From contig JABIGQ010000038.1 of the NCBI GenBank assembly GCA_018650085.1, positions 4,388 through 68,387 of the forward strand: a stretch of 64,000 bases of DNA. The letters are read 5' to 3'. The position numbers were made by a program, and so were the translations under genes. The notes beneath the pieces were generated by a model. The model was not told the origin of the DNA, ran no database searches, and saw nothing but the letters and a program-made list of their open reading frames with translations. This document shows, piece by piece, positions 46,787 to 55,539 of the stretch; the stretch's first letter is position 1, and each line of letters starts with the position of its first letter. This DNA is from Candidatus Magasanikiibacteriota bacterium (GTDB lineage: Bacteria > Patescibacteriota > Patescibacteriia > Magasanikbacterales > UBA922).

Positions 46787-47032
46787 TTATCCTCGAATTG
46801 TTATAATTTTTATAGAGTCAATATCTGTAAAACGGATAAATCCGTCTATGTCTTCTATTTGGAAGCCATCATCCCTTAGGAATGATATATCATCCAGATT
46901 ATTTAACAGGTATGGATGTTTTATCCCTTCTCCATTTTCGTGGAGTGTGATTTTAAGTTGTTCTGCGCCGTATCGTAGCTCTTCTAAAAGAGCTTTGAGT
47001 CTACTAAGAGTAATCTTTCTTTTTCTTGCCAT
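46787..47032 (-). CDS. Hypothetical small protein, 81 aa.
   Basis: ORF convergent with the lipoprotein gene. No motif. Confidence 0.35.
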   Translation of the reverse strand: MARKRKITLSRLKALLEELRYGAEQLKITLHENGEGIKHPYLLNNLDDISFLRDDGFQIEDIDGFIRFTDIDSIKIITIRG

Positions 47033-47126
47033 GAGTGTTCTCCTTGAGTTGTGCTGTAGTTCAAATACCGTGCATTGCTAAAAGATCATAGCATAGATAT
47101 TTAATTTATTCAATTATATAGATTAT

Positions 47127-47155
47127 ATTGACGAAATGACAGTATACTAGTATAA
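47127..47155 (+). promoter_or_regulatory. Sigma70-like promoter TTGACG-N17-TATAAT driving tRNA-Thr.
   Basis: 5/6 -35, 17-bp spacer, perfect -10. ~95 nt upstream of the tRNA. Confidence 0.45.
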
Positions 47156-47253
47156 TATTGTCTATAAGATTATACGCCATCATAGCTTCCTACCATATAC
47201 TCACTATCGTTCGTATTGGGCGGACAAGCTGTATGTGCTAAAATAATTTACAC

Positions 47254-47326
47254 GCCATCATAGCTCAGTTGGTAGAGCGCAGCCATGGTAAGGCTGAGGT
47301 CTCCAGTTCAATCCTGGATGATGGCT
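47254..47326 (+). tRNA. tRNA-Thr, anticodon GGU.
   Basis: Acceptor GCCATCA/TGATGGC. D-arm GCTC-AGTTGGTA-GAGC. Anticodon stem CAGCC/GGCTG with loop ATGGTAA. T-arm TCCAG-TTCAATC-CTGGA. Discriminator T. No CCA encoded. Followed by a terminator at 47335-47367 (AACAGTTT..AGCTGTT plus T7). Confidence 0.9.
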
Positions 47327-47518
47327 CATTAGTAAAAAACAGTTTCAGAAGAGCTGTTTTTTTATTATCATAGACATACCATACTTGACAAAAATCTTAT
47401 TTTGTTCTAGGCTGATTTACTCATTAACCTAAGTAGACCAAGTCGAGCCTATATCATATAGGTGGTTTACACCTCTCTGGCAGGGAGGTAATTCGAAGAG
47501 CCTGGGAGGGCTTATATC

Positions 47519-48367
47519 ATGGCAGAACTGATACTTAGTGCTAAAGAGAGGACATTGCTTACAGCAATGCAGGACATGGGTGGGTATGCATCAACTTTGG
47601 ATTTGAAAGGAATCCTTGGTATAGAAAGTTCTTCAAATATAGATGCAGTCAGAAGAATAAAGGCAGTCATAGAAAGGATTGGGGAAGCATGTGAGGATGT
47701 GGGAATGGAGAACCCACTTCACGCTTGTTGGTTTCAGGAAGAAGGGGAACGCCATAGGGGGTATAGACTGGCAACTCCTTTGGATAAATTGCTCGTTGCA
47801 GGAGTACTTCCTAGACCATCACAGCGATTCATCAGGGAGCTTCAACGGCGTCAAGCTGTTGGAATCCACTGGGTCATGAAGACCTTTGGGTTTAGCAGAA
47901 AGATAGCTGTTGGTTCAGTCATTGAGCCCATAGTCAGGATTGCTGGTGAACTTGGAATCACACCTTTTGACATAGGTGTGCTGAAGGTGGATGGGGATCC
48001 GCACTGTAGAGTGTGGTTTTTGCACGGTTCCGAAAATCCAGATCCAAAGTGGATCCAGGGTCCTAAGTACTCTCCTCGTCACCCAAAAAAGAAAAAGCCA
48101 TCTCGTCCTCGGAGTACTTCGCAACCTGTAGTGATACGCCGACCAAGCAGGCAGCGTACCAAAGGTAGTGAGTTGAGAGGAAGGATCTTTGATGCGCTTA
48201 AGAGTAGCGGCACTCTTACCATCTTGGAGATTTTTGATCTAACTGGATTAGATGGAAATGAAGTTGTTGGACTACTCAAGCAAGCTAAACCTCCAGAGAG
48301 CGGCGATTTTCGCTGGGCTACTGGTCCTATGGGGCATGAGTACTTACGCTGGATTGGGCCTAGGTAA
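47519..48367 (+). CDS. Hypothetical protein encoded in a compositionally atypical (GC-rich) island. Basic Pro/Arg/Lys-rich linker; possible wHTH.
   Basis: 282-aa ORF in a ~1-kb segment much more GC-rich than its flanks. GGGAGGG lies upstream of the ATG. No family motif. GC-rich DNA yields long ORFs by chance, so coding status is not certain. Confidence 0.45.
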   Translation: MAELILSAKERTLLTAMQDMGGYASTLDLKGILGIESSSNIDAVRRIKAVIERIGEACEDVGMENPLHACWFQEEGERHRGYRLATPLDKLLVAGVLPRPSQRFIRELQRRQAVGIHWVMKTFGFSRKIAVGSVIEPIVRIAGELGITPFDIGVLKVDGDPHCRVWFLHGSENPDPKWIQGPKYSPRHPKKKKPSRPRSTSQPVVIRRPSRQRTKGSELRGRIFDALKSSGTLTILEIFDLTGLDGNEVVGLLKQAKPPESGDFRWATGPMGHEYLRWIGPR

Positions 48368-48449
48368 GTAAAAAATTATTTTGTTTTAGTATAGGAGATT
48401 TTAATGGTCCAATACGCTATAGCGTATGGAACATTACGAAAGTGACTTT

Positions 48450-48489
48450 CAGCGGTTTTTCATTAGGAGATCCCGCTGTATTTTTTTTT
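48450..48489 (+). terminator. Rho-independent terminator after the GC-rich island.
   Basis: CAGCGG-N16-CCGCTG followed by T9. Confidence 0.55.
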
Positions 48490-48500
48490 GGAAATTATTC

Positions 48501-48529
48501 TTGACAAAACAGGTATATTCGTGTATAAT
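48501..48529 (+). promoter_or_regulatory. Consensus sigma70 promoter TTGACA-N17-TATAAT for typA.
   Basis: Both hexamers perfect, 17-bp spacer. ~58 nt upstream of the typA ATG at 48588. Confidence 0.6.
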
Positions 48530-48587
48530 ACTGCATCGAACACTCTCTCAAGTGGGGGAGCGTTTTTTATTTAAATCAATCTCTTGT

Positions 48588-50378
48588 ATGGAAATTAGAA
48601 ATATAGCGATTATCGCTCATGTAGATCATGGAAAAACAACGCTTACAGATGCACTTATGCGTCAAACAGGCATGGTAAGTGAAGACGATACAGTAAGTAT
48701 GGATAGCAATGCGCTAGAACAAGAGCGTGGTATTACTATTTACGCTAAAAATACATCAGTTTTTTATAAAGATACAAAAATCAATATCGTAGATACACCA
48801 GGGCATGCTGACTTTGGGTCAGAGGTAGAGCGTGTACTTCGTTCTATTGATTCTGTATTACTTATTGTAGATGCACAGGAAGGGCCTATGCCACAGACGA
48901 AATTTGTATTAAAAAAATCTCTAGAATTAGGACTAAAACCAATCCTTATTTTAAATAAAATAGATAAACCAGCTGCAGATGTAGAAAGATCACATGATCA
49001 AGTATTAGAGTTATTCATGGATCTAGGAGCAAATGATGAACAGCTTGAATTCGTCACTATTTACGCAAACGGAAAAGATGGCTTGGCAAAAAAAGACATG
49101 GCAGATGAAGCAACAGATCTTATGCCTATCTTAGATGCAATTTTAGAACATGTTCCACCAGCTCCTGCAAATATAGACCTTCCATTTCGCATGCAACCAT
49201 TTAATCTAGGATATGATAATTACCTAGGGCGTTTAGCTATTGGTCGTGTATATGAAGGAACAGTAAAAGCAGGAAGTAAAGTAATGATTAGAAAACCAGA
49301 TGGTGAAACACGAACAGGAAGCATTACAAAAATCCAAACATTTAGAGGTATAGTAAAAGAAGACGTAAAAGAAGCTTTCGCTGGAGATTTGGTTATGATT
49401 GCTGGAATCCCAGATATCTACATTGGAGAAACAATTTGTGAAAAAGCAGACCAAGAACCATTGCCAGCTATTACTATAGATGAGCCAACTATTTCTATGA
49501 ACTTGCTTGTAAATAGTTCACCATTTGCAGGACGTGATGGAAAATTTGTTACTACTCGTCAGATAAAAGAAAGACTAGAAAAAGAATTAGAAGTAAATGT
49601 AGGATTGAAAATTAATTTTGATGCTATAGATTACTATAAAATATATGGTCGTGGAGAAATGCATATCGCAGTATTGCTAGAAAATATGCGTCGTGAAGGA
49701 TTTGAAATGCAAGTATCTCAACCACAAGTTATTATAAAAGAAGTGGATGGAAAAAAACACGAGCCATTTGAAGAAGTAACAGTAGATGTACCAGATGCAT
49801 CTGCAGGAGTAGTAATAGAAAAATTAGGAAAAAGAAAAGGAATTACTACAAACATGATGACAAAAGATGGTCAAACTCGTATTATGTTTGAAATTCCATC
49901 TCGTGGACTTCTAGGATATCGTGGACAATTTGTCATGGATACAAAAGGGGAAGGAATTCTCTGTAGTCAAGTATTGGGATTTAAACCGTATGCTGGAGAA
50001 ATTAAAAAGAGAAGTGTAGGGTCTATGATTTCTGGAGAAACAGGAAAAGCACTTGGATATTCACTTGCAAATTTGCAAGATCGTGGTGTCTTATATATAG
50101 GACCAAATACAGAGGTATATACTGGAATGGTTATAGGAAATACTGCAAAAGGTGAGGATATGAGTGTAAATGCTATCAAAGGAAAGCAACTTACAAACAT
50201 GCGTGCAAGTGGTGCAGACGATGCATTGAATCTTACTCCACCTATTTTAGTTACACTTGAGCGTGGACTTGAAATTATTGCAAATGATGAGTATCTAGAA
50301 ATCACACCAAATAATATTCGTATTAGGAAGCAACTTCTTACAGAAAATGAAAGAAAAAGAGCAGGACGAAAAGCGTAA
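48588..50378 (+). CDS. typA: Translational GTPase TypA/BipA.
   Basis: '[21 protein letters not shown]' G1, 'DTPGHADF' G3, 'NKIDK' G4. EF-G-like domain order. The start is placed at the Met of '[11 protein letters not shown]'; the track ORF starts upstream, within the promoter region. Confidence 0.9.
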   Translation: MEIRNIAIIAHVDHGKTTLTDALMRQTGMVSEDDTVSMDSNALEQERGITIYAKNTSVFYKDTKINIVDTPGHADFGSEVERVLRSIDSVLLIVDAQEGPMPQTKFVLKKSLELGLKPILILNKIDKPAADVERSHDQVLELFMDLGANDEQLEFVTIYANGKDGLAKKDMADEATDLMPILDAILEHVPPAPANIDLPFRMQPFNLGYDNYLGRLAIGRVYEGTVKAGSKVMIRKPDGETRTGSITKIQTFRGIVKEDVKEAFAGDLVMIAGIPDIYIGETICEKADQEPLPAITIDEPTISMNLLVNSSPFAGRDGKFVTTRQIKERLEKELEVNVGLKINFDAIDYYKIYGRGEMHIAVLLENMRREGFEMQVSQPQVIIKEVDGKKHEPFEEVTVDVPDASAGVVIEKLGKRKGITTNMMTKDGQTRIMFEIPSRGLLGYRGQFVMDTKGEGILCSQVLGFKPYAGEIKKRSVGSMISGETGKALGYSLANLQDRGVLYIGPNTEVYTGMVIGNTAKGEDMSVNAIKGKQLTNMRASGADDALNLTPPILVTLERGLEIIANDEYLEITPNNIRIRKQLLTENERKRAGRKA

Positions 50379-50388
50379 GAATACATAA

Positions 50389-50549
50389 TAGACCTGTTGC
50401 ATAATAAGCATCTGCTGCAATTTCCATATATTTGGACAGCTTTCATAAAATTTTCCTCTACGTAGCATGGCTATGTATCAAAAAATATTTATAAAATCTG
50501 CCTCAAAATCTGAAAATTTCGCAACGAAGCTTATTATGCAACAGGTCTA
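50389..50549. repeat. 161-bp element bounded by perfect 21-bp inverted repeats TAGACCTGTTGCATAATAAGC / GCTTATTATGCAACAGGTCTA.
   Basis: The inverted repeats are at 50389-50409 and 50529-50549, enclosing 119 bp of AT-rich sequence immediately after the typA stop. Confidence 0.55.
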
Positions 50550-50553
50550 ATAA

Positions 50554-50592
50554 ATAAAAAATCATCTTGATAAATTCAAGATGATTTTTTTA
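50554..50592. terminator. Bidirectional terminator between typA (+) and the chorismate mutase gene (-).
   Basis: ATCATCTTGA-TAAAT-TCAAGATGAT flanked by A6 on the left and T7 on the right. Confidence 0.6.
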
Positions 50593-50593
50593 T

Positions 50594-50872
50594 CTATCTA
50601 TAAATATGTTGTAGCATATCTTGTTTGGATTGTTCAATCACTTCTTGAAATATAGATTCTATAATATGTATATCTATATGATATTTGTTAGCCAAATGTT
50701 TACGCAGTTGTTTCATTTCTTCTTCTCTGGGGATATCCACAATGGGAAGGCCAATTTTTTGTTTTGATTGACCAATATTTCGAGTAGTTTGAAAACGTTT
50801 AGCTAGAAGAGAAATTATTTTTTTATCTATTGAGTTAATCTTCTTGCGCATAGATGCAATGTCTTTTTTCAT
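50594..50872 (-). CDS. Chorismate mutase, AroQ class.
   Basis: 'MRKKINSIDKKIISLLAKRFQTTRNIGQSKQKIGLPIVDIPREEE' matches the AroQ helix-1 Arg and ligand-binding pattern. 92 aa. Confidence 0.65.
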   Translation of the reverse strand: MKKDIASMRKKINSIDKKIISLLAKRFQTTRNIGQSKQKIGLPIVDIPREEEMKQLRKHLANKYHIDIHIIESIFQEVIEQSKQDMLQHIYR

Positions 50873-50881
50873 AATTATATA

Positions 50882-51340
50882 TCAATGGACAGTAATAGTA
50901 ATATCTTCCTCTCCATCTGTATCTGTGTATATGGTTTTCATAGAAAAAAATCTGTCCTCATCCATCAACGGGAGAAAACGACGATTATCTTCCCAAAGGT
51001 TTAAATCTAGGAGTTCTTCATCTGGAATCCACGAAAGTGTTCCTTCTGCACATGTGCTTAATTCTCCTGTGTAGTCACATGCACTAAATATAAAAATCAT
51101 CCAATCTTTCCCTTTGAAATTTAGAGACGTGAGTAGTCCGCTCAATTTTGGATTTTCAATCTCTAGTCCAGTTTCTTCTTTTACCTCTCTTATAATACAT
51201 TCTTCTGGCGATTCTCCCGGTTCAAATTTTCCTCCAAGTCCTACCCATTTTCCTTCATGAATATCTCCTTTACGTGTATTTCTGTGTATCATGAGTGTTT
51301 TTCCATCCTTTTTTATGTAGCAGACTGTTGCGAGTTTCAT
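50882..51340 (-). CDS. NUDIX hydrolase (MutT-like).
   Basis: Nudix box 'GGKFEPGESPEECIIREVKEETGL'. Confidence 0.75.
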   Translation of the reverse strand: MKLATVCYIKKDGKTLMIHRNTRKGDIHEGKWVGLGGKFEPGESPEECIIREVKEETGLEIENPKLSGLLTSLNFKGKDWMIFIFSACDYTGELSTCAEGTLSWIPDEELLDLNLWEDNRRFLPLMDEDRFFSMKTIYTDTDGEEDITITVH

Positions 51341-51452
51341 ATAATGGGTACTTTATTAATGCTCTAGAGCCTATAATAGCAAGTTTGTGCTTCCTTTGCA
51401 ATCGTATTGCAAAAATAGCCTAAATTATGCTATATTTAGACAAAACTATCCT

Positions 51453-52688
51453 ATGAAAAAAGATACGCTCACAGCAAGACTTTCTCAATTACCAAGTAGC
51501 CCAGGGATCTACTTATTTTTTAATATCAAAAGAGAACTAATTTATGTAGGAAAAGCAACTTCTCTAAATAATAGAGTGAAGAGTTATTTTCGTGGTGCAC
51601 GGACAAGTCGCCCCATAGAACAGATGATTCATACCGTAGAGGATATAAAATGGATAGAAACAGATTCTGTATTGGAAGCAATTATATTAGAAGGAACATA
51701 TATAAAAAAATACCGCCCAAAGTATAATATAGATTGGAAAGACGATAAAAGCTGGAACTATATTGTTATTACAAATGACACATATCCACGAGTACTTACT
51801 ATTCGTCAGCATGAGCTAGACGCTATCACACATGAATTCAAATATGTATTTGGGCCGTTTCCAGGATTAAATACAAAAGCAACTATGAGATTATTATCTC
51901 AATTATTTTATATATCTTCTTGTACCCCAAAAGCAAAACGACCTTGCCTTTATTATCAGATGGGGCAGTGCCTAGGCGTGTGTACTGGAAATATTAGCGC
52001 AACAGAATATAAGAGAAAAGTAATACAGCCATTGATTGCTTTTTTAAAGGGAGGAAAAAAAAGAGTTCTCTCTACATTGAAACGGAGAATGAAAAAAGCC
52101 TCAAAAGAACATGATTTTGAAGAAGCGGCTAGACTGAGAGATCAAATAAATAAATTACAGAGAATACATGATATTGCATTATTAAATAAAAGTTTCATAT
52201 CTGACATCTCTGAGAAAAAAGATACAAACAGAAATAGAATAGAAGGATACGATATTTCGAATCTAGGAGCTACAGGAAAAGTAGGATCTATGGTAGTAGC
52301 CGAATATGGGGAGCAAAAGAAAAGTGATTATAGAAAATTTAAAATAAAAACAGTAAAAGGACAAAGTGATGTAGATTGTTTAGATGAAGTAATAAGAAGA
52401 AGGCTAAAACATTCGGAATGGCCATTTCCTGCGTTATTTCTTATAGATGGTGGAAAGCCACAAGTAAATCGTGTCGTGCGTATATTAAAAGAAAAAGGGA
52501 TTGCTATTCCAGTCGTAGGAATTGCAAAAGGAAAAGAAAGGAAAAAGAATGAATTTATAGTAGGGGAGGGAGTGGGCGCAAAGAAAATTCATTGGATAGA
52601 ACGGCATAAGGTGCTCTTGACACAAGTCAGAGACGAAGCACACAGATTTGCTATTTCTTATCAGAGAAAATTAAGGAAAATAAAATAA
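51453..52688 (+). CDS. uvrC: Excinuclease ABC subunit C, short form lacking the C-terminal HhH domain.
   Basis: GIY-YIG 'PGIYLFFNIKRELIYVGKATSLNNRVKSYF'. Cys motif 'CLYYQMGQCLGVC'. UVR domain 'DFEEAARLRDQINKLQ'. RNase H-like endonuclease 'IEGYDISNLGATGKVGSMVV'. Start at the Met of 'MKKDTL'. Confidence 0.75.
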   Translation: MKKDTLTARLSQLPSSPGIYLFFNIKRELIYVGKATSLNNRVKSYFRGARTSRPIEQMIHTVEDIKWIETDSVLEAIILEGTYIKKYRPKYNIDWKDDKSWNYIVITNDTYPRVLTIRQHELDAITHEFKYVFGPFPGLNTKATMRLLSQLFYISSCTPKAKRPCLYYQMGQCLGVCTGNISATEYKRKVIQPLIAFLKGGKKRVLSTLKRRMKKASKEHDFEEAARLRDQINKLQRIHDIALLNKSFISDISEKKDTNRNRIEGYDISNLGATGKVGSMVVAEYGEQKKSDYRKFKIKTVKGQSDVDCLDEVIRRRLKHSEWPFPALFLIDGGKPQVNRVVRILKEKGIAIPVVGIAKGKERKKNEFIVGEGVGAKKIHWIERHKVLLTQVRDEAHRFAISYQRKLRKIK

Positions 52689-52694
52689 TAATAT

Positions 52695-53696
52695 ATGTGG
52701 TTTAAAAATATTTTAGATAACAATAAAAAAATCCTTGCACTTGCCCCTATGGCAGACATGACAGACTCACCATTTTGCCAAACAGTAAAGCATATTGGTG
52801 GGTGTGATATTGTATTTAGAGAAATGGTATCTAGTGAAGCTATTGTTCGAGAGAATGAAAAGACACTCTACATGACAGATATAGAAAAAAGTGAACGCCC
52901 TATTGTCCAGCAAATATTTGGCGCAGACCCAAAAATAATGGCACATGCCGCAGCATTAATTGTAGAGAGAACAGCACCAGATGGTATTGATATAAATATG
53001 GGATGCCCTGTCCATAAAATTACGAGCAATTTTAATGGATGCGCCCTTATGAAAGATCCAGATAATGCTGCTGCAATTGTTCAGGAAGTAAAACGAGCAA
53101 TAGGGGACACCCCATTATCTGTAAAAATCCGTCTGGGGTGGAATGATCCAGATACATTTAAAGAATTTATACCAGTACTAGAAGATGCTGGGGCAGAGCT
53201 TATCACTGTACATGGAAGAACGAGATCAGATGGATATAGTGGGCAAGCAGACTGGCAACGTATAGCAGAAGCAAAACGTATTGCCACTGTACCACTTCTG
53301 GCAAATGGAGATATTTCTACCCCTGATCTTGTTTCAAAAGCGCTCGATGTTACAGGTGCAGATGGAGTTATGATAGGACGTGGGGCACTTGGGAATCCAT
53401 GGTTTTTTTCATTGGCGAGTGCTTGTAAAAGTAATGATAGTATTTCATGGGAAGAACGAATAAAGATTATCATGTATCATCTAGATCTACATCTAGCGCA
53501 TTATGGAGAAAAGGCGATAGTGACATTTAGAAAACATATTGGATGGTATTTGAAAACACAATCACTTGGACGAGTGGTTCCTGGTATAAAACAATGGCGT
53601 ATGAAATTGGTGCAGGTTTCTTCTAGGGAGGAAGTGGCGGAGTGTCTGTGGGAGATGAAAGTACTGCTACTTGAAAATAGAGAACCTTTAGGGTAA
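52695..53696 (+). CDS. dus: tRNA-dihydrouridine synthase.
   Basis: 'LAPMADMTDSPFC', 'DINMGCPV', 'VKIRLGW', 'ITVHGRTR', 'ANGDI' are Dus TIM-barrel motifs. Confidence 0.85.
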   Translation: MWFKNILDNNKKILALAPMADMTDSPFCQTVKHIGGCDIVFREMVSSEAIVRENEKTLYMTDIEKSERPIVQQIFGADPKIMAHAAALIVERTAPDGIDINMGCPVHKITSNFNGCALMKDPDNAAAIVQEVKRAIGDTPLSVKIRLGWNDPDTFKEFIPVLEDAGAELITVHGRTRSDGYSGQADWQRIAEAKRIATVPLLANGDISTPDLVSKALDVTGADGVMIGRGALGNPWFFSLASACKSNDSISWEERIKIIMYHLDLHLAHYGEKAIVTFRKHIGWYLKTQSLGRVVPGIKQWRMKLVQVSSREEVAECLWEMKVLLLENREPLG

Positions 53697-53709
53697 GATA
53701 CATTCATAT

Positions 53710-55500
53710 ATGTCAGACATCCCAGATATAAAAGAAAAAATAGATATTGTGGATCTCATGAGCGAATATTTGCAAGTGAAACCCGCAGGAACATATCATA
53801 AAGCATGTTGTCCATTTCATAATGAAAAGACACCGTCTCTTATGATTAGCAGAGAAAGGCAACGGTTCCATTGTTTTGGGTGTAATGCAGATGGAGATAT
53901 CTTTACCTTTATAGAACATATGGAGGGGATGGAATTTGTGGAAGCATTGAAATATCTGGCAGATAGGGCAGGAGTTCAACTTTCCCAAAGAAAATCAGAT
54001 CCAAATAAAAATCAAAAAAATAGAATAAAAGATATCAATGCAGCAGCTGCACGGTTTTTTCATCAATTCCTTTTACAAATGCCAGGAGCAAAACCAGCGA
54101 GAGAATATATAGCGAATCGTGGATTAAAAGAAGAAACAATTGAATCTTGGCAAATAGGGTTTATATCGGATCAATGGGATTTACTTACAAAATATTTATT
54201 AAAAAAAGGACATGCTATTGACGATTTAGTCGCTGCAGGATTAACCATAAAACGAGATAATGCAAACTCAAGTACTGGAAAGGGATTTTATGATAGATTT
54301 CGCGGAAGGATTATGTTTCCTATTTGGGATATTCATGGATATGTGGTTGGGTTTACTGGAAGAGTCCTTGTAGAAACAGAAAAATCTGGTGGAAAATATG
54401 TGAATACACCTCAGACCATTGTTTATGATAAATCACGAGTTGTGTTTGGATTAAATAAAGCAAAACAATCTATAAAAAAACAAGATCAAATAGTGATGAC
54501 AGAAGGGCAAATGGATGTTATAGCTTGTCATCAGGCGGGGATGGAGCATGTGGTTGCTAGTAGTGGGACCGCTCTTACAGAGCATCAAGTCGCATTATTA
54601 AAAAGATATAGCAGTCATATGCGCATTGCATTTGATGCAGATGATGCAGGGCAAAAGGCTGCAAAGCGGGGGATAGATATTGCCCTAGAAGCGGGGATGA
54701 GTGTAAAAGTTATTTGTATTCCAGAAGGTCAAGGAAAAGATCCGGATGAGTGTATAGAGCAAAATAAGGATAATTGGTTTACTGCAGTAGAAAATGCACA
54801 AGATGTTATGGATTGGTATATAGATAAAGCATTTGCAGGAAGATCACTTACAGATCCAAAGGAAAAACAAGCCATAGCAGAAGAAATTTTACCAGAGATT
54901 GCTCGTGTACCATTTGCCATAGAAAAAGATCATTGGTTGCAAATTGTGGCAGATAAGCTGGGAGTAGAGAGTAGGGTATTACGAGAGGATATGGCAAGGA
55001 TAAAGAAGCAAACACCAGAAAAAAAACAACAAATAGTGAAAAAAGAGGTAAAATCAGTGAATACTGAGCAAAAGACAGCAGTACCTACTTCACGAGTTTT
55101 ACAGATAGCGGAACAGTTTTTTTGCCTTATTTTAGCAAAGAATATAGAAGGAGCACCTCAATTATTTGATGAAATTGCTCCTGTATTATCCAACCACCCT
55201 CTTTACGAACCGCTAAAAAACACGTATAATGCTGGGAGAGATATAGAGGCATTGCGTGCATCTGTTTCTTTAGATACGCAGGTGATGATAGATAATTTAC
55301 TTATGCAAGCTGAATTAACGTTTTTATCTTTATCAGATAAAGAGGCGCAGAAAGAAGCAAGTAATTTGGCTACACAGGTAGTGCATATTTGGAAAAAAGA
55401 ACAGCGTACCACTTTACAACAACAAATAGAGGTTGCAGAAAAAGTAGGAAATATAGAACAAGTGAATACTTTATTAAAACAATATCAACAATTAGGCTAA
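53710..55500 (+). CDS. dnaG: DNA primase.
   Basis: Zinc-binding 'CCPFHNEKTPSLMIS...FHCFGCNADGDIFTF'. RNA-polymerase domain. TOPRIM 'MTEGQMDVIA...FDADDAGQKAAKR'. Confidence 0.9.
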   Translation: MSDIPDIKEKIDIVDLMSEYLQVKPAGTYHKACCPFHNEKTPSLMISRERQRFHCFGCNADGDIFTFIEHMEGMEFVEALKYLADRAGVQLSQRKSDPNKNQKNRIKDINAAAARFFHQFLLQMPGAKPAREYIANRGLKEETIESWQIGFISDQWDLLTKYLLKKGHAIDDLVAAGLTIKRDNANSSTGKGFYDRFRGRIMFPIWDIHGYVVGFTGRVLVETEKSGGKYVNTPQTIVYDKSRVVFGLNKAKQSIKKQDQIVMTEGQMDVIACHQAGMEHVVASSGTALTEHQVALLKRYSSHMRIAFDADDAGQKAAKRGIDIALEAGMSVKVICIPEGQGKDPDECIEQNKDNWFTAVENAQDVMDWYIDKAFAGRSLTDPKEKQAIAEEILPEIARVPFAIEKDHWLQIVADKLGVESRVLREDMARIKKQTPEKKQQIVKKEVKSVNTEQKTAVPTSRVLQIAEQFFCLILAKNIEGAPQLFDEIAPVLSNHPLYEPLKNTYNAGRDIEALRASVSLDTQVMIDNLLMQAELTFLSLSDKEAQKEASNLATQVVHIWKKEQRTTLQQQIEVAEKVGNIEQVNTLLKQYQQLG

Positions 55501-55539
55501 TAAGTCTTTTTATATATTTATTTGGGTAATACATTTACC

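Noticed and set aside
47410-47450. tmRNA 5' end, suggested by 'GGCTGATTTACTCATTAAC' resembling GGGGCUGAUUCUGGAUUCGAC.
   Set aside because: No matching 3' acceptor/T-arm (GGTTCGAATCC...CCACCA) was found within the next ~400 nt. The similarity is too short to call. Flagged only as a reason to run Infernal on the GC-rich island.
53081-53473. 130-aa - strand ORF inside dus, and similar - strand ORFs inside dnaG, ligA and typA (for example 49967..50446).
   Set aside because: All are antisense to strongly supported housekeeping genes, with no start or RBS signals.
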